This document shows, one piece after another, positions 25,801 through 35,904 of a DNA stretch of 64,000 nucleotides. Source of the DNA: Haliotis rubra (lineage: Eukaryota); the NCBI RefSeq assembly GCF_003918875.1, contig NW_025767606.1:124001-188000 (forward strand), written 5' to 3'. Made by a program: the position numbers and the translations under genes. Below the pieces are notes generated by a model. That model had not been told where the DNA came from and did not search any database. It saw nothing but the letters and a program-made list of their open reading frames with translations. Positions within the stretch are counted from its first letter, which is position 1; each line of letters starts with the position of its first letter.

Positions 25801-28800
25801 CCAACCATAAACAAAACAATATCTAACATATGAATCAGAAAGCCTTGTAAAAATACACCCCTATCTATACAAAATATGCAGCAAAACATTAGTAAACATT
25901 TACCTACCTGGTAAATGGTATATTCAATTCCGTTTAGAATGGAAAATTTGCAAGATAGATCTAACGGTCTGGAGAAACACCACATTTATGCCACTCATAG
26001 TCATACTCCATCAGATCCCGTTGCATCGTTCACAAAATAATTCTGCTCTCTGCCAGCTTCCCCGCAAGGTTGTCACTGTTGTGTTCATCTACTTTGAAAA
26101 ACGCTTGGACACAGTCCAGTGCCAACCGATGAAAACAAAGTTCCAAGGAATCACAAGTTAGTCGCATGTACACTAAGCAGCAGCACTGTCACTCTTTTGT
26201 CGCATACCGGGAGATGGAGGCACAACGTGAAATCATGATCGGCCGGTCATAAAAATCAACAGTCTTTGATGAGTTACAGGTCGTAGGTTGATCAGGAAAG
26301 GATCTATTCTTCGATTCTGCAGGGTTCAGTGTTACATAATTGCATTGAATAAACAGTAGTTTGATTTCTTTGGACAGAATATTGTTATGTTGTAATGTTA
26401 AAAAAATACGAACGTCACCTACCGCTCACTCACTCACTCACAGACGAGTTCTATTCGCCTCTCGTCCCATGCCGGATTACGCAGTGTCTTCCGCAGAGCG
26501 AGGAAGTTCGATTTTAAATGGGTCATGGTAGAATGGAGATAACCCTAGTGTGTTAAATTAGAGGCATGCTTTCCTGAATTGACGGCGACTAAATATTTCA
26601 ATTGAAACCTCACGCTACGCTTTCGGTTCCAATTGAAATTTAGTCGTGTGTGTTTGAAAATCAGTGTGTTGAAAATCAGAGACATGCTTTACTGAATTGA
26701 CGGCGACTAAATATTTCAATTGAAACCTCACGCTACGCTTTCGGTTCCAATTGAAATTTAGTCGTGTGTGTTTGAAAATCAGTGTGTTGAAAATCAGAGA
26801 CATGCTTTACTGAATTGACGGCGACTAAATATTTCAATTGAAACCTCACGCTACGCTTTCGGTTCCAATTGAAATTTAGTCGCCATCAATTCAGTAAAGC
26901 ATGTCTCTGATTTTCAAACACACTAGGTTTATCTCCTAAATTGTGACTATATCATGAATATATATTTGTTTCAGCAGTATTAAAGCTGTACGATGTTGTT
27001 TGTAAACAAATGGAGTCCGGACCAGACAACCAGACAAACACAGAGCATGTGTTTATAAATCACTATGAAATAATGATGATACCAGGTGTTCTCAAAAAGG
27101 AACGCTGAATGAAGGTGTACATCTATATGATTTAAAAGATTAAGTGTAAATAAGCATTAAGAGCTATTTGATTGTGGTATGGAGAATATATTTCCAACAT
27201 TCTCTATTTCTGCAATCAGGAACTCGTACGCGCACGCACGTACACACATGTAAACACGCTTGTACTGGGTGGCTACATACCTTGCATATCCTGCAGGGTA
27301 TCCAGGGGACTGTATGAACTGTCGATGTGTTGTCGCATTAAGGGACCGAGAGCCACAGTCTCCTGGCAACATCAACGAAATCAATCACAAAAAATAATTA
27401 AAAAAGCAACACCTTTTTTCCTTAAATAAAACACAGTGTAACGTGTATTGTCCTGACGTTCCATTTGTTGTTCCAAAGTTCTGTGGACCGCCTCTATGGT
27501 GTAGTGGTTAGAGCCTCCGCCCGGAGAGCGGAAGGTCGCGGGTTCGATCCCCGACCGCGTCATACCAAAAGACGTTAACATATGGTACTTGTTGGTCCCT
27601 GCTTGGCGCTCGGCATTAATGGGTACAACAAGGACTGGTCGGCTCGGAGTCAGTATAATGTGTCTGAGTAGGGTATTCATGCTTCACTGCGACATGGTAT
27701 CTCAGTGGGCTAGCACTATAATTCTAGCTTAAGTCTGAGCTATTACAAGCAGCCGCACATACATACACACGCATGCACGTCGTCATATGAGCGAAATATT
27801 AAACCCAATTTCACCTCACCTCATTTACCTCACCTCCAAAGTTCTGTTTTTAAATTCAGTTTTGATGTGTGTCATCACACACATGTATTTGGGTGAACCA
27901 GGGTAAACAAAGTAGGTACTCAGTATTATGATTATTGCACAACTGTTTAGTACAGGGTTATAAAATGATGTTTTTCATCTTCTGCTTTATTCTAAAACCC
28001 CCTAGATTGTGTTCGTTTTGATAAAGAATCTACAGAAATCAACATGTTATCGACACGGAGTGCTCGCTTATGTCTTCATAAAGTGATTGTTTTGTGTTAA
28101 ACATCTTTCCATTAACGCCAGTTTTCTTCAGTGTTGTCCAGCGGTAGCTATAGGATCTATCAACAACATCGAAAGCCTTTTTAAAATCAATAAGGCATAT
28201 ATAGGTTTGTTGTATAGAGATACATATTTAGTTCAATGACAGAAGCCTAGCACTGCGATCGTATTTGATACATGAAGGGCAAATTGTCTAAGAGACGTCA
28301 GTGAACCAACCTGCCTGGCCGTTGTCCGAGGGTCAAATTCCGACCAACAACAAGGATGCTATATGTAACCTTCAAGTGAATTATTGTCAGCCTGGCATTG
28401 TCAGACTGTGATAAGCTGCACGTATTGTCAGCATCACGTATCACATTTTGGTGGGTAGCCCAGATCATGTAAGTTATTTAACCCAGAGAACATGTAAAAC
28501 ATATATACTTCATGTTAAAACCCTTATCGTTGGGGTTCTGAAATACTGCTATTTTTTTCTTTTTAATGCAGAGTCGCCCGAAGTTTACATTAACATGGAT
28601 GTCTTAAAATACACAAGTCTAGTTCTCGGTCAGATAAATTTCTCTGACTATAATTTCTAAAGGTATGTTTATGTATAATCTTGATCTTGTGGGTCAGGAT
28701 GTGCCGTTTCCATACATTGATTTTCATTCTTCAATTCCTATGCTTCGTGAAGGTCTAGTGTTCTGTGCAAACTATTTCAATGTATGGTGATTTGAATAAA

Positions 28801-31534
28801 TATGCTCGTAAACGATTACATGACACAGGTAAAGGATTATATGACCTTGGCGAGCATGCAGCGAATCCAGATATAACTTGCCAAGTCGTTTCCCAATACA
28901 TACAGATATATTTCTTCAGTATTTCGGCCTCATAGCCTAGAATACAATTGTTTTTCGTTGAACAATACAGCATCATTTCTATTTCCAGTTACATACCCAA
29001 TAGAAATACATTGTTCTTGAACCAGAGCTGTACATTTTGAAACTTACTCCAAACAGAGACCTACTACGTATTCTGTGTAAATTTAGATGTATGAGCCATA
29101 AACGTAATGTACATCAATATTGATGTGGTAAAATTGTAAATACTGGATTACTAAAGTGTATAAAATGTAATTATAACGTGATCCAAGATGAATTTCACTT
29201 TTTAGTGGTCTGTCCATTCTATGATGAAAGCAGAAAACTGTTGTTACCAAGTTATTTTTATACTTATCCAACCCATGAACAGTTTAATTTGTTAGTGTCT
29301 TCGCAAAATTTAGAATGCTTAAAAAATCTTGCAATCTTTTTGAAACGAAATCTATCAATTTAGTTTGTGGTATATATAAATAATCACTTCGATGTCCATG
29401 CGCACTGAATTTATGCATATACATTTTTGTACTTTTGGCCACGAGGCTTTAAATGCGAATATACTTAAGCTTATGCGTCCATTTTTTAAGGAAAAAGGCG
29501 AGTGCTCGTAAAGAATCCTCGTTGTTTGTATTAAATATATTACACAAGGGTTTCACTGAACAGTGATTAAAATTGGATAAGCAGGACGTGGAACTCATCT
29601 TCCGTAATCCCCATGGGCTCTAGTATGGTGATCTACCTTCAGTTGCTGTGATCTACAGCACGTTTTTATATTGTATTGTCTTGCATTATAGTGTACGTTT
29701 TAGTTACACACAAGTTTTATATCTCTATCTGTGATACACTAGTAGTTTTACTGTTCATCGTTAACAGTGGGCATTTTTTGTAAAATAGGAAATTTCTGAG
29801 ATTTGACACCCAGTTTTGCTTTCCAACATCATATATCATTGGTATGGATATCTAGAAAAATTCATTTGAAGTATTTTGATCCAGTATTTTATAACCCATA
29901 TTTGTATTGAAACAAACATCGTGTCGAGCCCTGTAGCACCAAGCATAACCTTATTGGATACGGATTTGCTGTCAACCTATAAAAACCGTTTTAAATACTT
30001 TTATTGTATTTTTTTAGACTTGTTCTATAACATTGAAATATCATTTCAGACTCATACAGTACAATCGGTTAACTTTGCTATCAAATATTTTATAAGCAGA
30101 TGGAAAAGATACGCAACTATTTATTCGAAATATTGTGAATAGAGGTATCATTGCACGTGAAGCTTCAGCTCCTTGCGTTTGACATGTTTTTGCCCATTTT
30201 AACGTTGATGAAAACAGGATACCTAAATCCTTTATAATAGGGTATAATTTTAGAATGTACAGATTTAGGTTTTTTGAAAACCCAGATTTCGCGTTTAGCA
30301 ACAATTCCTCCATTTCTGAATACAATAACATGGTTTTGTTTTATTCACTTCAAATTCCCAATTCACAGAAAGACTGGAGCACAGTATACAGTACCAGAAA
30401 CAGTATAAGAGAAGATTGTGAGTAAATGAGTGAGTTTAGTTTTACGACGCACTCAGTGTGTCATGAATATTTTGTTTGACAAATATACCGTGATCTCATT
30501 TATCCCACACTTCAGTCACAATCTCATTTATGAAAAAGGTGAAAAGTATAGGACATTGTGGAACACCTGCTGATGTGATAACGCTACTCGGTTTTTAGTT
30601 TGATCTCACACATGATTTAACAGATGAATACATAATAATAAAATTATCCTTAAGTACATTAAACATTTTCCCATGACAACCCTTTAATGATAAGTTAAAT
30701 AATAATTTGTTTCTGCCTTCATAGTCACAGGCCTTCTTAAAGTCAATGAATACACAGTAAAGCCTACCACGTGGTTTGCACAAATATTTAGATCAATGCT
30801 TGCAGAGTGAATATATTGTCGGTAGTAGAGTAACTAGACCTAAAGCCAGCTTGGAATTCGGATATAAAGTCGTTCAGTTCTATTCAAGACCTCAAACGTT
30901 TTTCTAATACTGCTGTAAATAATTTGCCCACAATGTTGAAAATAGAATTTACCGGTAATTGTTAGTGTCTGCCTTATCTGGAACAAACATACCTACATGT
31001 CCCATTAATCGATTTCTATGTATAATAAGGATCCACCAGCGGACAGGATACGCTCCATTTTTCCCAGACATATCATAACTTGTTTTCGTCACGATATTGC
31101 CGATGTGACGTTAAATATTAACTCACTCACTCACTCACCCAGACATATCACCATTTAATTCATCAACGCTTTCGATATAGTCGGAGTCGTTCCATAGAAT
31201 CCACTGTCAAGTTAATATATGCCTTTCTTATGATTATTGACATTGATTTAAACGCTTTCTCTATGTCAGCATTATAAACATATATACACCTGTGTACTGC
31301 CTCGAATTATGTTTGTAGAAGAGCGCATGCTTTCAGGCGTTCAAATTTCGGGTCAGCTAATATATGAATCGAGGAAGCAGTCTTTCAGAACATTGACTTT
31401 GCACGACATGAATGTCGGCCTTGGTGTGATGTTGTGTCACCTGTGAAAACCTGAAAATGATTACCTGTACTTGCAGCGTGTAATGTCGACAGCGTACCAA
31501 GTAGGACGGCTATGGTTTTGTATATCCCCAACAT
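9056..31534 (-). CDS. gene A: single-pass membrane protein, signal + 3 CUB + TM + PPxY tail (~494 aa)
   Basis: 11 GT-AG exons with compatible phases (31465-31534, 27281-27362, 25027-25163, 16909-17058, 16524-16611, 15453-15580, 14621-14779, 12754-12832, 12325-12446, 11774-11944, 9056-9354) sum to 1485 nt with no internal stop. Confidence 0.9.
11097..11600 (-). mobile_element. tRNA-headed SINE (Meta-domain-like) interrupted by a second tRNA SINE at 11266-11434
   Basis: Matches the copies at 27485-27834, 36449-36804 and 42628-42983. The nested element is flanked by an imperfect GAAGCATGAA duplication. Confidence 0.85.
11774..11944 (-). CDS. gene A exon 10 (CUB3c)
   Basis: SDSNAPSLGRWCGESKPNATSTGSVMFLKFKSDSSGVDRGFKIEY..., 171 nt. 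Confidence 0.9.
12325..12446 (-). CDS. gene A exon 9 (CUB3b)
   Basis: NAEVGWKITADEDYSVTIDFMEFGLENSDSCTSDYLEAFD, 122 nt. Confidence 0.9.
12754..12832 (-). CDS. gene A exon 8 (CUB3a)
   Basis: FDTEELTASYSRKYIYSPNYPFYYP, 79 nt, GTGAGT donor. Confidence 0.88.
14621..14779 (-). CDS. gene A exon 7 (CUB2c)
   Basis: VRSTLSGAGRFCGDDDTDYISSGHIIVVRFYSDGLFSRYKGFQMQLKAGHFK. The acceptor is ambiguous: CAGTAG tandem, plus a second in-frame AG about 21 nt downstream. Confidence 0.85.
14971..15210 (+). mobile_element. ~245-bp tRNA-less SINE (V-domain-like core, (ACTC)n tail)
   Basis: Other copies at 24394-24635+, 37951-38196+, 39865-40102+, 41360-41598-, 43238-43486+, 45889-46145+, 48377-48598-, 50160-50408-, 51865-52110- and 56080-56306-. 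Several have 10-14 bp TSDs. Confidence 0.85.
15453..15580 (-). CDS. gene A exon 6 (CUB2b)
   Basis: HQDCRWVIHAPANTNIEARIRNTSIETDSSSQCTYGFLDIYD, 128 nt. Confidence 0.9.
16524..16611 (-). CDS. gene A exon 5 (CUB2a)
   Basis: RYHCGGILNITTTDYTTITSPNYPGPYR, 88 nt. Confidence 0.9.
16909..17058 (-). CDS. gene A exon 4 (CUB1c)
   Basis: RFTLFGKILTWCGPSLPTFQSSSSTITIFFFTEASSLRRGFKLAYFETK, 150 nt. Confidence 0.88.
18224..19021 (+). pseudogene. gag-like ORF with CCCH/CCHC zinc fingers
   Basis: VWNGEYVDLALL, GWIMYDKQFR and CWDFNKGSCSRLSCRYPHKCGKCGNTSHGAAAC are typical of DIRS/Ngaro ORF1. Confidence 0.85.
19022..20932 (+). pseudogene. reverse transcriptase / RNase H (disrupted)
   Basis: RT motifs SPIGLVPKK, FRLIHHLSYP, KFDIKSAFR, LPFG, YLDDFL; RNase H motifs TDAAGSAGFG, LELFPIV, CDNQAVV, ADALSR. 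Frameshifts and a SINE insertion disrupt it. Confidence 0.92.
19976..20334 (-). mobile_element. SINE with 5S-rRNA-derived segment inserted between RT and RNase H
   Basis: Minus strand reads TGGCGCGTGG head, GAAGTTAAGCAGCG..CTTGGATGGGTGACC (5S-like), CORE-like CCTTAGGCAAG..AAAATGGGTACC, then a GCGCTTTATAAAT-(ATT)n tail. Confidence 0.75.
20854..21828 (+). pseudogene. tyrosine recombinase (two in-frame stops)
   Basis: FRVGEL, SKGD, HSFRIGAAT and GRWGSDSFKSYIR give the R-HxxR-W-Y catalytic signature. Stops near 21172 and 21244. Confidence 0.93.
21850..22392 (+). pseudogene. SGNH/GDSL hydrolase-like ORF of the Ngaro element
   Basis: Blocks VWLVGSS, RGGM, HLGSNN and DGVHL; one in-frame TGA at 22312 before DGVH. 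Confidence 0.8.
22523..23539 (+). repeat. split direct repeats of the YR retrotransposon
   Basis: 22523-22809 recurs at 23159-23539; the second copy has about 100 extra bp. Confidence 0.88.
25027..25163 (-). CDS. gene A exon 3 (CUB1b)
   Basis: NEDCRWTITASTPDMMVRIEVIDSDIYSQDETYATCVPDGVEGFN, 137 nt, GTAAGT donor. Confidence 0.9.
26535..26936. mobile_element. palindromic MITE with internal 118-bp tandem triplication
   Basis: TIR GGAGATAACCCTAGTGTGTT / AACACACTAGGTTTATCTCC; GACGGCGACT recurs at 26581, 26699 and 26817. Confidence 0.8.
27281..27362 (-). CDS. gene A exon 2 (CUB1a)
   Basis: DCGSRSLNATTHRQFIQSPGYPAGYA, 82 nt. Confidence 0.9.
27485..27834 (+). mobile_element. tRNA-headed Meta-domain-like SINE, full length
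   Basis: A box TGGTGTAGTGG, B box GGTTCGATCC, (TCACC)n tail, 13-bp TSD TCCAAAGTTCTGT. Confidence 0.9.
28990..29460 (+). mobile_element. LINE ORF2 3'-end fragment
   Basis: IQDEFHFLVVCPFYDESRK C-terminal zinc-finger-like region typical of non-LTR ORF2. Confidence 0.7.
29870..30990 (-). mobile_element. decayed LINE RT fragments
   Basis: Frameshifted motifs NIVGKLFTAVL, EFQAGFR..STTDNIFTL, LYCVFIDFKKA, MYSSVKSCVR; a similar IDFKKAFD remnant lies at ~28000-28210. Confidence 0.78.
31465..31534 (-). CDS. gene A exon 1, signal peptide
   Basis: MLGIYKTIAVLLGTLSTLHAAST, phase-1 GTAA donor. Confidence 0.85.
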
Positions 31535-32214
31535 TTGTTTGAACCTCCTAAACATGCATCCAACAAATAATGTTCAGTTTATAGGTTATCTGTTCTTATA
31601 GTGGCAGTGGTGTTACGGTTTCTTTATAGTCTGCAAGTCACGTTTGTATTGGCGTTTGAGCGATTCGCACATTGCTTAAAACGGTAACGTAGTTCTTTCT
31701 ATGATTTTGCATACAACCATCACTCATACAAAGATAGATTCAGTCTCGTCGTATCGTGTTGGGGTTCATTTCATGACTATACCTAAGACTGAATGATTAA
31801 TCGGAAAGATAATGTAGTGCCGAATATTGTCTTGGTAATTACTTGTCTCTACACTATTGTAGAGGATATTTGTATCTTCTTGTCAATGTTTATCAAAGTT
31901 GATATGTTCAGTGATGTGTGAGTGGGGCACATCACCAGATGGGGTAAACATCATGTCATTTGACATAAAACATCAGATACATGTCCTCTAATTAGAGAGT
32001 ATTTGAATTTACTCGTAATACTGTTGTGTCAGACTAACAGACTAAGGTCAAGTGTCATATGGAAGCTATTTTGAGATGCATATTCTGCTTCATTACTTAT
32101 TACTTGAATTCTGCTTCTCATGATTATGACTTCTTCATCTCTTTCATTATCCACATTATCGTTTATACAATGATGGTCAGTTGACTCTAGATGCCTATTA
32201 TTGAGATTGTTGGA

Positions 32215-33110
32215 GTGAGTGAGTGAGTTAAAATTTAAAGTCACTTTGGCAATATTTCAGCCATATCGTGACTAAAACAACATATATATTAACAATAATT
32301 AAAGATAGAGTATAAAATCCTGTCAACGAAGGACAGTAAAACAAGTAGAATATTACAGATATAAATGTAAAACTAGTAATTAAATCTAAAACATTTAAAC
32401 TATAGAGGACAATACAATATAAAAATAGGCTATAAATCACCAGCAACTGAAGGTAGTTCACCATACTAGGAGCGATGGGGACTTACAGTACCTGTGCTAC
32501 CTGCATGGACCCTAGCTGGATTTATAATGCCACGGCAAGAATTGAGAGTCCTGTGCACAGACACAGCAACCTCCACATTGGCAAATGTTTTGACAGACAA
32601 AAGATTTAGAGATTGCCATGAATCAATGTTTGGCGAATTTGTTTCAGTAGAATGATCAAGTTCGTCTAGTCGTCATACATCATTTGGAGGTCATTATCAC
32701 CAGATTGGCCCATGAGCCACACCCATTCTGGCATAGGACTCTAGGCAAGTTAACATAATAATCTGAACATCGAGGATAAAAAAAATAACCAAGGCCCAAA
32801 ATAAGCAAATGTGCAAATAATAGATTCACCATGCACAGGGCTTGGCGTGACCAGCCGATTGATGGAACCGGGCCAGTTCCACAACCCGTCTAGGTGAAGT
32901 AAGGGCCAAAATGGTGTGTTGGGCAAAGGAACACTGTTCCTGGAACCAGTGCCCTCAACCACAAGAATTCCGTCCTCCACCGACACAGGGGCGCAACCCA
33001 CGGCAAACGGGTTGGTGGACCAAATATGCCCCCAGGTCCACAACGGGGGGTTGAAGAGCGTTTAGCGTTACCCAGCACCAACCATGAGGAGGTGGCTCTT
33101 CACGGGTGCC
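32215..33110 (-). mobile_element. non-autonomous mini-derivative of the I/Nimb LINE (5'UTR + ORF1 scraps + 3'UTR)
   Basis: 13-bp TSD TGAGATTGTTGGA (32202-32214 / 33111-33123); both ends match 56322-56730 and 58530-58838. Confidence 0.88.
33052..33110 (-). ncRNA. HDV-like ribozyme, degenerate copy
   Basis: GGCACCC gt GAAGAGCC ACC TCCTCAT GGT TGGTGCT GG GTAAC GCTAA ac GCTCTTC. Confidence 0.65.
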
Positions 33111-35361
33111 TGAGATTGTTGGACTTAAACGAGTATGTATGATCAAAGTCAAAATGTTATGCAGTTTTGATAATATAATAGCACATTAAAACGAAAAAAA
33201 CACCGTGTAAATAAAATCATGTGGATTTGGAACAAAGGCTGTAAACAAAACAAAATAACTTGGAAAATCCTGTTTCCGTGTCAGCCTGGTTGCAGGTGAA
33301 AAACGCTGCCGCGATTGCGAAACATTTCCTTGTTATCGCCCGCCCGGTGTGTGGATTAAACTGTTTAGTAACCAGGACGCGGGGAATATTCATTGCGCAA
33401 CAGCTGGAGTGACAGGCTGAGACGCTCCTGCGCTATGATTCAGATATAAAATACAAGACGATAAGTTAATATTTACACTAGTACACGGCAGACAAAATCA
33501 ACACTTCGAATTTTAGCTGCACGGAAATTCAATAAGAAGCTGTCATATACGTTGATAGTTGGGTCCATCGATCACTGCATAACCTAGTTTTCCACAGGCC
33601 GTCAACCCCGTCGTGGAGTGCTGCTGGGCGCCGCCTTAGACACCACACGTTTCAATTTTTATGTAAATTCTGTGGGTGGCGTATGCTGTCGGTGGTGCAG
33701 GCCAAGGTCACACGCACCTTTTTCACGAGCTGTACACCTAGGATCAGGGTGTCATTCAATAGCAAGAATGTAATAATAAAGAACGGGGAAAAATGCATAG
33801 TTTACCCCGAATGCAAGTTGACAATCTAAAGACAAGGAAACTAAAGGATGAACGCATAGACGTAGGTGTATATGAGGATAGCCTAGCATTTGATAAGATG
33901 ATAATCTTATTATAACAACTACTGCGTGTGAGTGAAACATCATCATGGTGGGAAGCGTTTTATCTTACTTTTAACCGAAATAGAAATTAAACAATTCATC
34001 AATATTTTATGCTACCAACACACCTTCAGGAAACAGACTAAATATCTCGAGGTGGCGTACATAACGTGAAAGGGATTTTCACGTGCAGTGTACACAAGGT
34101 AAAACTACTGGTGAAGCATTTGTAGTTCTTACATACGTTTTATGCTTATTGCGTGACTCAGACGAGATGGGAGGGTTACAAACTAAACATTGTATCTTGT
34201 CTTTAACATTAAGTTTCAGTTTTCCCATAATTACAAAATACCTTGGGTTAAACATAAAAATACAAAAATAACTTTTTTATCACGGTCACGAACGACCGTG
34301 TTAATTGTTGCTATGCTGTGTCTAACTTTGGGAGACATTTAGAAGTTGGAGCAACAAGGAAGGATAACAATGTATGGATGGACAACTGTTAAAATTGCAA
34401 TGACAGCGACGTTTCGGTGTAGGTTCTAACACCGTTAACAAGCAAGTGATGAGTGAGTGAGAATGGCATCATTCCAACAATATCACGGCAGGGGACTCCA
34501 GAAATGAAATTCACACATTGTACCCATGTGGGGAATCGAACCCGGGTCTTCGGTGTGACGCTTTAACCACAAGGCTACCCCCACCGCTCCCAAGTGATGA
34601 AGAGATAAGGGTTAGAAAATCATATATACAAGAGTGAGGAGATGTTTGTACTGTACAATGGGGATTAAGTCTGGAATAGGATGGAACCTACATCTCAACG
34701 TCGCTCTAGCACGCAGGTCAACAATGATCAACACTGTAACAAAGCACATACTGAGTATAGCGCGGAGCATACAAGTAACTATGTGAGAAATGGGACCCGT
34801 CACTGACGCTTATCTACACGCCTACACACTGCCCCTGGTTGTCTCTAACTGAATAGCATATATTGTAATAGATATCGCTTCACAATTGTGCAGACTGCGT
34901 TATCATGCCGCTATTGGTGACCAGCGATTGTGAAAGTATGTACAATAGAAGTGAGACTCTTTCATAATTGTTTACAGTGTCATCATAGGAATGAGACATC
35001 CCAGCTAAATGCCGAATTCATTATATGACTCGAACAGATCATGAGCATGAGTTGATGAATCACTATTAAATACTGATGATAACACAAAAATGTGGCTTTG
35101 TCCTGCCTCACCGGTGGAATAAAGACGAGAACATAATTTTCATTAATCAAATAAATTGTAAAGTGAGGTTTAATATAATTCGCGTATGTACTTGTTTTGC
35201 TTATGATATGCTCATATTAGTCTCTGCACAACGGATCTTGATAATATAATTATAAAAATGTGAATGTGAACGCCAGAGAATATTGGTAATTAACGGGGCA
35301 AAATTGCTGTGGATATAATCTGACATGATCAATGAAAATCTGTGATTACTTCTATTTAAGT

Positions 35362-35530
35362 GGGGGCGGTGGGGTAGCCTAATGGTTAAAGCGTTGGTTC
35401 GTCACACCGAAGACCCGGGTTCGAATCCCCACATGGGCACAATGTGTGAAGCCCATTTCTGGTGTCCCCCGCCGTGATGTTGCTGGAATATTGCTAAAAG
35501 CGGCGTAAAACCAAACTCAGTCAGTCAGTC
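35362..35530 (+). mobile_element. short tRNA-derived SINE (~170 bp)
   Basis: A box TAGCCTAATGG, B box GGTTCGAATCC, (CAGT)n tail. Other copies at 47901-48068 (16-bp TSD TTCAACCACTGAATGC), 51143-51310 (TSD), 11266-11434- and 34450-34591-. Confidence 0.9.
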
Positions 35531-35779
35531 AATCTATTTTATCGTTCGAGAAAAAGGGTACGCCTGTCTTCCCCAGCAGGCAGCCACTGCCACTCGCACA
35601 GAACATATAGTAAAACGAGGTTCCTGGATATAATATGGCAACTTCAAAACGCAACCTACGTCACACTTGCTCAATGTTCGGGTCAGCTGATAACAGGTCA
35701 TATCTCCCTACACAAGTCACAGGACAAAGCATCATCACATCAGCAGTAACGTTCAGCCTTCACACTGCACCCATACCGG

Positions 35780-35789
35780 TATTTAAAAG
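35780..35789 (+). promoter_or_regulatory. possible TATA-like box of gene C
   Basis: TATTTAAAAG about 60 bp upstream of the gene C ATG; positional evidence only. Confidence 0.35.
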
Positions 35790-35846
35790 GATACATAAAC
35801 TAAGAAGTTCATCAACAAACAGGGCGGGTTACAGAGTGGCTGAAAC

Positions 35847-35904
35847 ATGAGGATAGTTGTTTTCTGCTCTGCAGTTGTCTGTTTGCTTTTGTTCTCAAGA
35901 ACAG
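35847..35904 (+). CDS. gene C exon 1, signal peptide
   Basis: MRIVVFCSAVVCLLLFSRT, phase-1 GT donor. Confidence 0.82.

Noticed and set aside
35362-35435. tRNA-like sequences (also 47901, 51143, 27485, 36804, 42983)
   Set aside because: They are SINE heads: followed by SINE bodies and tails, flanked by TSDs, with poor acceptor stems.
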